The notes under the pieces: model-generated | Databases searched by the model: none | The model's input: only the letters and a program-made list of their open reading frames with translations | What the model was told of the DNA's origin: nothing | Shown here: piece after piece, positions 54,548 to 64,000 of the stretch | Layout: every line of letters begins with the position of its first letter | How positions within the stretch are numbered: position 1 is the first letter of the stretch | Origin: Eledone cirrhosa | Lineage: Eukaryota | DNA length: 64,000 bases | Assembly: GCA_964016885.1 (NCBI GenBank) | Contig: OZ024743.1 | Coordinates: 349,804,001-349,868,000 of the forward strand | Reading direction: 5' to 3' | Translations under genes and position numbers: made by a program

Positions 54548-54814
54548 ATTAAAGGTGGAAAACTGGGAGAGGGCACTTGCCCTGGTGGTCAGGGTCACTG
54601 TGGTCTTTTAATGGGCCCTCTCCACAAATGTCCCTCGGAAGTCTCCCCCCTATTGGGGAATTTTTCTTTGTTATTTTATTACATCCTCTGTTTTTTTTAC
54701 ACGCAGAAATGCCCATTTGTACCGTCCTGTATTGTCCTGCACTGTCCTTAATGTCTACTTTATGTAGACCCTTGTGGTTAATAAAGAAATCATTATTATT
54801 TTTATTATTATTGC

Positions 54815-54930
54815 CATTCTGAGTTCAAATCCCGCTGAGGTTAACTTTGCCTTTCATCCTTACGGGGTCGATAAAATAAAGTACCAGTAATGTACTGAAT
54901 AATTGCTGGCCTTATGCCTAAAGTAGAAAC
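54815..54930 (+). mobile_element. 5'-truncated SINE (others at 55755-55950, 58384-58485, 59310-59505 and 61939-62041)
   Basis: Family matches; most are preceded or followed by (ATT)n. Confidence 0.9.
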
Positions 54931-54957
54931 AATTATTATTATTATTATTAGTAGTAT

Positions 54958-55745
54958 TTTCTTTGAGTCTCAGTCATTGATGTTATTTAACTGGAAAGTT
55001 TGTTGAAATGAATATCAAGCCGCTACCTGCAGCCTCAGATATTCAGGACGTATCGGAGGGTTCTTGCTGTTCCCAGCAAGCATGCCTTTTGAAGTGTTCC
55101 AAAAAGCGGGGCTGGACGAACTTTCTTTAACCATCCTTGGAAACTCTTTGAGATAGTACCTAGTGCGCCTATGACAATCGGGACGACTCTGATTTCATGG
55201 CAGTTCCAAATCCTTTTTACCTCCCACTTTAAGTCCTGGTATCGGTTAATTTTCTCCCTCTCCTTTGCTTGCACTCTCGTGTCAAATGGGCAGGCTACAT
55301 CTATAATCAGGCACGATATTTTTTCCTTGTCCAAAACATCCAGGTCAGGCCTATCGTGTTCCAGTTTCTTATCTATCTGTATCCTAAAATCTCATAGCAC
55401 CTTCACCTGATCGTTCTCTATCACCGACATTGGCTTATGCCCATACCACTTCTCCGAATGTGGTAAATTGTTTACTTTGCATAGGTGCCAGTGGATCATG
55501 TCTCCACATGACATCATGTCTCCAGCCTTTATAGTGAGTCTGGGCTAGGTGTTTACACTCGGATACAATGTAAGCCACAGTCTTCTCTCTCTCTCTCTCT
55601 CTCTCCACAGATCCTACACGGTGGGCTTGCCTCCTCCTTGTAAATATGGTGTTTCACCCACTTCGTCTTGAGGGCCTGCTCTTGCGCAGTCATTAGCATT
55701 CATTCTGTAGCCTTTTTAAGGTCTCCTCTTTTCAACCAGTTTCAT
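54958..55745 (-). mobile_element. R4/Dong-type 3' fragment (duplicate at 58513-59300)
   Basis: IIDVACPFD...EKINRYQDLK...VPIVIGALG...LQKACLLGTARTLR; the 3' end runs into the (TAA)n that is the SINE tail on the other strand. Confidence 0.85.
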
Positions 55746-55961
55746 GTCAGTGGAGCATCGGACACCATGCTTCGTGGCATAGAGTTACAGCCCTTTACAT
55801 TCTAAGTTCAAAACCCACCAAGGTTAGCTTTGCCTTTCATCCTTACTGAGTCAATAAAATCAAGCACCAGTAAAGCACTGGGGTCGATTTAAACGACTCC
55901 CCCTCCCCCAACAAAAATAAATTGCTGACATTGTGCCTAAATCTGAAACCATTATTATTAT

Positions 55962-58371
55962 TTGCTTATTTTTTTATTTCGTATCTCGTCACAACATGTT
56001 AAAACACGTTTTTACATATTTATGCAATGTTCTTGTTGGTCATTTGTTATTGTTATAAAGTTTAATTAACCAGAATCTTTGTGAGCTGGTTGTTCTTTTC
56101 CCCTAAGAGCAAAACTCGTGTTTATTTTACAAAACACACCCTTCATTTGTTTTCTGGAAAGATATGGCGGACAACAATAACAACAACAACAATAATAACC
56201 ACAACACCAACAACAACCAAACATGGGAAATAAGTGAAGTGTATGGCACAAATTGTCTTGCATTCATAAAACGTTGTCACCGCCGTCATACCCACCAGAA
56301 AAAGGAAGAGAAACTAAAGCTAACAAAAACAACAACACTAACACGACCACTGTTACCACGTACACTACAAGACATTATAATAGAAACAAACAATAAAATT
56401 AACAGTAATACAGACATCAAAGACAACGCAATATGAACAATAAAGACAATGACACGTTTTCAGTAACGGCTGCAAAGCCACACAATTATGTAATATGTAC
56501 ATAATCGACAAATACACGTGTTCGGCTCGTGTGGTCAAACTTTCCAAATTGGAAAAGACTTAGGCCGACGTAGTCGTCCCACTGGATGTGTCAGCAGCAA
56601 CTTCAAGATATAAAAAAAAACTGACTTACCGATAGGAGAGCGCAGACATGTGCAATCGCAACTAGGTCAATACACGTCTACTTTCACGACATGCGATACA
56701 TCGTAGAGAGGAAAGGGAGTAAATTTGGCTATGTTGGTGCTCTGGTGAATATAGATCAATCGAAAGCTTTCGATTGTGTTGACAATCGCTACATGGAGGC
56801 TGTCCTCAGGACAGCTGGTTTGGGTCCCATCTTCAGAGGCTGGATCATTTCAAAGCTTAGCGATATCTTCGTTGGTCAGAGTAAAGGCCAGCTTGGAAAC
56901 CGTTTCAGATCGCTTGCTCGATCCGACAAGTATGCCCTCTCTTCTCCATTCTGTGAGTACTGACTCTACTGCAGAAGCTGGAGCTGGTGAAGGACATCCC
57001 AGTAGAACCGAGAAGGGGAGGAGCTGCGCCAGCATATGCAGACGACGATACCGTAACATTGAGAATTGTCTCGGAAATTGAGGTAATCGACAACTTTTCA
57101 GAATAATAGGAAAAGTTAACAGGAGCAAAAATTAAACCGGAGAGGTCGTTCTGTTGGTAACTCGGCACTTGGAGAGGAAAATCCATGCCATTCAACAGCG
57201 TCGTCGGACCGGTTTGATCTGGACTTCAAAGTGAATAAGATGCGCCGAGAGGAAACTATCCCTGAACGATCAGGTTGAAGTAGCAAAGGCATCATATATT
57301 AACACCTGAACATCGTAACTTGCACCAGTTCATGCCTCGCCAGGCTGGAGCACCTGCTCTTTCATTTTTTTGTGGGAAGGAAAGGTTCCACTTGTCAGGC
57401 TGTTCATCTTCTCCAGATATCCTTTGCATGGAGGGTTCAGGATTCCACAGCTAAAGATGCATAAACATGCGCCGAGGTTAGGGTGTCTGCAACTACTCCT
57501 GAACGGTCAACAGGTGTGGTCACCCTTTTACCGGCACATCTTCCCATATTCTCTCTATTCAAGCCGGAGCCTTGGGTCAAGCGAAGACCGTAACTGGGCA
57601 CGTGGCATCTGGAATGTTGTCAAGCTCTCACATCCCTCTACTAATCAGAAAGTGTGGTCAGAGGAAATTCCTTATTAGTGTTCTATAGGGGACTACTGGT
57701 GGGCAAGTGCAATTCTCGACAAGACTCTAGGTGTCGACGATAATGACCATGCCAGTCTGTTTAGGAGGACGTTCGGTTAGGTTCCGGTACCTATGGATAA
57801 TTTTCTGAACTCCCTAGCCTTGGGGGTCAAACTCTACAGGCCCGAATAAGTTGTCAGACGGATTTGTCCGAGATATACACAGAACGATGAAACTGTCCTG
57901 CACGCACTCGTCCTGTGTCCGAGCATTACTGACTTGTGGAGTTTTGTCAAACCGTTATTAATGCGTGTAAGTTGGATTCGGTTATGGGCCGACTCCATTG
58001 TCAGGATCAAACCCGTGGCCTACATTTGCCAGGGAAGGACAGACAGGTTTCCTCTGTCTGTGTCGTGAACGTGACTAAAATGACAGAAGACACACTTTCT
58101 TTTTCAGCCAAACCTCATTGACTTTTTCAAGTCTGGAGAGTACAGGGAAGAGAGGGACACCTTCCTATAATGCTTTTGTCGATTAGATTGGCTTCAGATC
58201 TCTAGAGTTCTTAAATAACCCATGGGTGATGCTCTTTCTATTGGGTAATTCTGTTGATATAAATGTATTGTTAATTGTTACCTGTATTATTTTTTGCAGG
58301 TTTTTATATGAAACTCCAATGTACTTCTGTATTGTCCTATCTGTTTCGGATCTAGTTGCCAATAAAGAAAT
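55962..58371 (+). mobile_element. Old, internally deleted Tx1 copy C (duplicate D at 59517-61926)
   Basis: Asn-rich ORF1 remnant, MRYIVER...DQSKAFD, AYADD and HALV remnants, and the end GCCAATAAAGAAAT followed by (ATT)n. It starts right after a SINE (ATT)n tail. Confidence 0.8.
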
Positions 58372-61300
58372 ATTATTATTATGATCCTGCCAAGGTTAAC
58401 TTTGCCTTTCATCCTTACGGGGTCGATAAAATAAAGTACCAGTAATGTACTGAATAATTGCTGGCCTTATGCCTAAAGTAGAAACAATTATTATTATTAT
58501 TATTAGTAGTATTTTCTTTGAGTCTCAGTCATTGATGTTATTTAACTGGAAAGTTTGTTGAAATGAATATCAAGCCGCTACCTGCAGCCTCAGATATTCA
58601 GGACGTATCGGAGGGTTCTTGCTGTTCCCAGCAAGCATGCCTTTTGAAGTGTTCCAAAAAGCGGGGCTGGACGAACTTTCTTTAACCATCCTTGGAAACT
58701 CTTTGAGATAGTACCTAGTGCGCCTATGACAATCGGGACGACTCTGATTTCATGGCAGTTCCAAATCCTTTTTACCTCCCACTTTAAGTCCTGGTATCGG
58801 TTAATTTTCTCCCTCTCCTTTGCTTGCACTCTCGTGTCAAATGGGCAGGCTACATCTATAATCAGGCACGATATTTTTTCCTTGTCCAAAACATCCAGGT
58901 CAGGCCTATCGTGTTCCAGTTTCTTATCTATCTGTATCCTAAAATCTCATAGCACCTTCACCTGATCGTTCTCTATCACCGACATTGGCTTATGCCCATA
59001 CCACTTCTCCGAATGTGGTAAATTGTTTACTTTGCATAGGTGCCAGTGGATCATGTCTCCACATGACATCATGTCTCCAGCCTTTATAGTGAGTCTGGGC
59101 TAGGTGTTTACACTCGGATACAATGTAAGCCACAGTCTTCTCTCTCTCTCTCTCTCTCTCCACAGATCCTACACGGTGGGCTTGCCTCCTCCTTGTAAAT
59201 ATGGTGTTTCACCCACTTCGTCTTGAGGGCCTGCTCTTGCGCAGTCATTAGCATTCATTCTGTAGCCTTTTTAAGGTCTCCTCTTTTCAACCAGTTTCAT
59301 GTCAGTGGAGCATCGGACACCATGCTTCGTGGCATAGAGTTACAGCCCTTTACATTCTAAGTTCAAAACCCACCAAGGTTAGCTTTGCCTTTCATCCTTA
59401 CTGAGTCAATAAAATCAAGCACCAGTAAAGCACTGGGGTCGATTTAAACGACTCCCCCTCCCCCAACAAAAATAAATTGCTGACATTGTGCCTAAATCTG
59501 AAACCATTATTATTATTTGCTTATTTTTTTATTTCGTATCTCGTCACAACATGTTAAAACACGTTTTTACATATTTATGCAATGTTCTTGTTGGTCATTT
59601 GTTATTGTTATAAAGTTTAATTAACCAGAATCTTTGTGAGCTGGTTGTTCTTTTCCCCTAAGAGCAAAACTCGTGTTTATTTTACAAAACACACCCTTCA
59701 TTTGTTTTCTGGAAAGATATGGCGGACAACAATAACAACAACAACAATAATAACCACAACACCAACAACAACCAAACATGGGAAATAAGTGAAGTGTATG
59801 GCACAAATTGTCTTGCATTCATAAAACGTTGTCACCGCCGTCATACCCACCAGAAAAAGGAAGAGAAACTAAAGCTAACAAAAACAACAACACTAACACG
59901 ACCACTGTTACCACGTACACTACAAGACATTATAATAGAAACAAACAATAAAATTAACAGTAATACAGACATCAAAGACAACGCAATATGAACAATAAAG
60001 ACAATGACACGTTTTCAGTAACGGCTGCAAAGCCACACAATTATGTAATATGTACATAATCGACAAATACACGTGTTCGGCTCGTGTGGTCAAACTTTCC
60101 AAATTGGAAAAGACTTAGGCCGACGTAGTCGTCCCACTGGATGTGTCAGCAGCAACTTCAAGATATAAAAAAAAACTGACTTACCGATAGGAGAGCGCAG
60201 ACATGTGCAATCGCAACTAGGTCAATACACGTCTACTTTCACGACATGCGATACATCGTAGAGAGGAAAGGGAGTAAATTTGGCTATGTTGGTGCTCTGG
60301 TGAATATAGATCAATCGAAAGCTTTCGATTGTGTTGACAATCGCTACATGGAGGCTGTCCTCAGGACAGCTGGTTTGGGTCCCATCTTCAGAGGCTGGAT
60401 CATTTCAAAGCTTAGCGATATCTTCGTTGGTCAGAGTAAAGGCCAGCTTGGAAACCGTTTCAGATCGCTTGCTCGATCCGACAAGTATGCCCTCTCTTCT
60501 CCATTCTGTGAGTACTGACTCTACTGCAGAAGCTGGAGCTGGTGAAGGACATCCCAGTAGAACCGAGAAGGGGAGGAGCTGCGCCAGCATATGCAGACGA
60601 CGATACCGTAACATTGAGAATTGTCTCGGAAATTGAGGTAATCGACAACTTTTCAGAATAATAGGAAAAGTTAACAGGAGCAAAAATTAAACCGGAGAGG
60701 TCGTTCTGTTGGTAACTCGGCACTTGGAGAGGAAAATCCATGCCATTCAACAGCGTCGTCGGACCGGTTTGATCTGGACTTCAAAGTGAATAAGATGCGC
60801 CGAGAGGAAACTATCCCTGAACGATCAGGTTGAAGTAGCAAAGGCATCATATATTAACACCTGAACATCGTAACTTGCACCAGTTCATGCCTCGCCAGGC
60901 TGGAGCACCTGCTCTTTCATTTTTTTGTGGGAAGGAAAGGTTCCACTTGTCAGGCTGTTCATCTTCTCCAGATATCCTTTGCATGGAGGGTTCAGGATTC
61001 CACAGCTAAAGATGCATAAACATGCGCCGAGGTTAGGGTGTCTGCAACTACTCCTGAACGGTCAACAGGTGTGGTCACCCTTTTACCGGCACATCTTCCC
61101 ATATTCTCTCTATTCAAGCCGGAGCCTTGGGTCAAGCGAAGACCGTAACTGGGCACGTGGCATCTGGAATGTTGTCAAGCTCTCACATCCCTCTACTAAT
61201 CAGAAAGTGTGGTCAGAGGAAATTCCTTATTAGTGTTCTATAGGGGACTACTGGTGGGCAAGTGCAATTCTCGACAAGACTCTAGGTGTCGACGATAATG

Positions 61301-62780
61301 ACCATGCCAGTCTGTTTAGGAGGACGTTCGGTTAGGTTCCGGTACCTATGGATAATTTTCTGAACTCCCTAGCCTTGGGGGTCAAACTCTACAGGCCCGA
61401 ATAAGTTGTCAGACGGATTTGTCCGAGATATACACAGAACGATGAAACTGTCCTGCACGCACTCGTCCTGTGTCCGAGCATTACTGACTTGTGGAGTTTT
61501 GTCAAACCGTTATTAATGCGTGTAAGTTGGATTCGGTTATGGGCCGACTCCATTGTCAGGATCAAACCCGTGGCCTACATTTGCCAGGGAAGGACAGACA
61601 GGTTTCCTCTGTCTGTGTCGTGAACGTGACTAAAATGACAGAAGACACACTTTCTTTTTCAGCCAAACCTCATTGACTTTTTCAAGTCTGGAGAGTACAG
61701 GGAAGAGAGGGACACCTTCCTATAATGCTTTTGTCGATTAGATTGGCTTCAGATCTCTAGAGTTCTTAAATAACCCATGGGTGATGCTCTTTCTATTGGG
61801 TAATTCTGTTGATATAAATGTATTGTTAATTGTTACCTGTATTATTTTTTGCAGGTTTTTATATGAAACTCCAGTGTACTTCTGTATTGTCCTATCTGTT
61901 TCGGATCTAGTTGCCAATAAAGAAATATTATTATTATGATCCTGCCAAGGTTAACTTTGCCTTTCATCCTTACGGGGTCGATAAAATAAAGTACCAGTAA
62001 TGTACTGGATTAATTGATCGCCTTGTGCCAAAAGTAGAAACAATTATTATGTGAGTGTACCTGTGTGTGTCTGTGTGAGTGTGCCCTTCTATCAGGTTAA
62101 GTGTATTTATCTGTTCAAATTACATATCTAAACACCAAGAGAAAGAGGGATGCAGAGAATGAGAAGGAAAGGGAGAGAGACAGAGTCAGAAAGAAAGTTA
62201 AACGAATGATACAGATGAAGGAGCAGCGTTATTACTGATTTCAAACGTGTTGAGGACTTATAATAAGCGGGTAGTGATGAATTATGTATATACGATATCT
62301 GTATATATAATAGAAAATAGTAACCTAAGTAAACATGAAAGAACAGCCGAACTCCCACTGTCATCGCCTCCATTATTATTATTATTTTCTTAGTTTTTGC
62401 ATTCTGCGGTTCAATCACACCATGGGCATCTTTGCTGATCATCCTTCGGAGATCCAAACAATATGCTATCATTTAAGTACTGGTGTCTATGTAATCGACA
62501 ATATATATCTCTCTAAATATGGGCTGTTTCAGCTGCTTTTTTAAAGGTATGTAGAATTACATTAGGCAATAAGGCGTGCCCATTTTTATGTTTGATTTGG
62601 AGAAGATTTAGTTTATTTCAGATCAGGTGACAATGCAGAGACCCCCTCTGTGCATTTGTTTATATATCTTCAACGTTTCCTATTCTGTTTATTATATATG
62701 TGTAGATCGATGTTATTTTTATCTGTGAGTAGTTATATGGTATGTTTTCCTATACCTTTTCATATTTAATTTTAATTAAT

Positions 62781-62912
62781 TGTTTCTACTTTTGGCACAA
62801 AGCCAGCAAAATAACCAGTACATTACTGGTACTTTATTTTATCGTCCCCGTAAAGATGAAAAGCAAAGTTAACCTCGACGGGATTTGAACTCAGAACGTA
62901 AAGGGAGGTAAC
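62781..62912 (-). mobile_element. SINE copy
   Basis: Reverse-complement family match. Confidence 0.85.
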
Positions 62913-64000
62913 TAATTAATATGAATTTCTTGGTTCTCTCTCCTATCTTTCTTGTCCGCACTGAGGGATACAAATATTGTTTGTTTTCATTAGTAATTTT
63001 TGTAATTTTAATTAATTATAATTTCATAACATAATGCAACGTCCATTAATATTTTAAGCAGTCTCTTGTTATATGTGTACGCATGTTTGCCATTTCCATG
63101 TGGACGTCTTTACGTGTGTATTCGTGTTTGAGACTGTATAAGGATATTTTTATCTCTTTTGTTCCCTTGTGACTGTGGCATAAATCGGCTATATAAACGT
63201 TCTTTCAAGACCTATTTTGTCCTTTGTGTGATTTTGAACAACACTATGTGTATGTATGTCTATTTCTGAGTGTGTTTATGTGTCTTAAGTTTGCGCGTGT
63301 ATGTGCCGTGGGGTGCCTACATATATGTCATTTACAAGCATATTTCATTTCTCCAAGATTCCCTATAAATGAATAAAAGTATATGATTATACATATACAG
63401 GATTGTTATTAAATGAGTTTGTGTGTATTTGTGTGTATTTGTATGAGTGCCTGTCTGTGCGCGCGAGCGTGTGCTTCTGTGCGTGTAATCAAAAATTCGA
63501 TAACGGTAACAAAACATACACTAACACCAGACTCTCAGCATCACACACAACTCCTTCAGTCTCTTAAAAGAAAAAAAAAACAGCAAAGAAGACGTTTTTG
63601 TTCACTACGCCTCTCACGAACTGCAATGAGAAATGTCGGCTAGTTTCTATGGTAACCAGGTAATTAAGTAAACTGTTTATTAAATTAGGAACATGCCCGT
63701 TTGATCAGCCATTAGTTGATTGTCAGCCATAGCAAGGAATTCTGTTTATTATTTTTATATAGTTTGTTGATGTATGCAATCCAAACCGCCCCCATACAAT
63801 TCCACACACAGATACATATAGACATTGAGACTCACTCATCAACACATCAGTATCTAACACTGTTCACACATCCTCATATTTATACAGACATATATGTACA
63901 ATAAATACGACTGACACACACACACACACACGTAACTATATCAATACATAAACCTCGTTTCAATGGTAGTTCCAGCAATTTCATTTCCTGCAATAATAAC

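Larger units (their letters stand above)
48791..54790 (+). mobile_element. L1/Tx1-clade LINE, copy B (near full length)
   Basis: Same organisation as copy A but diverged. It starts right after the (ATT)n tail of copy A; AATAAA at 54780-54785 is followed by (ATT)n. Confidence 0.92.
54838..61947 (+). repeat. Near-identical 3555-bp tandem duplication (54838-58392 / 58393-61947)
   Basis: All ORFs recur at +3555. I noticed only one difference by eye (CCAATGTAC vs CCAGTGTAC near 58318/61873). Confidence 0.95.

Overview
Eukaryotic, AT-rich, microsatellite-dense genomic DNA. It is most likely from an octopod cephalopod, inferred from the dominant tRNA-derived SINE and not verified. The only host coding sequence I can support is the first coding exon of a secreted serine beta-lactamase-like hydrolase (minus strand, 4461-4804; SxxK motif, GTAAGT donor). 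The rest is transposon material. (i) There are more than 20 copies of a tRNA-derived SINE with 16-20 bp TSDs that start at ATT-rich sites. (ii) A head-to-tail array of four L1/Tx1-clade LINE copies (42.7-61.9 kb) is joined by (ATT)n, interleaved with R4/Dong-type fragments on the opposite strand, and ends in a SINE-mediated 3555-bp tandem duplication. (iii) There are three Penelope-like retroelements (PLEs) plus about a dozen short (TA)n-embedded, often fold-back elements carrying hammerhead-ribozyme motifs. (iv) RTE and mariner remnants are also present. Three signals stand out. First, the Tx1 LINE and the SINE share a 3'-terminal hairpin with an invariant CUUGU loop on compensatorily varying stems and the same ATT target, suggesting a LINE-SINE partnership. 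Second, a putative 52-54 nt intron at the Tx1 ORF1/ORF2 junction would fuse the ORFs in frame in copy B. Third, the window holds a dense, sequence-diverse set of type I hammerheads whose positions often coincide with fold-back junctions.
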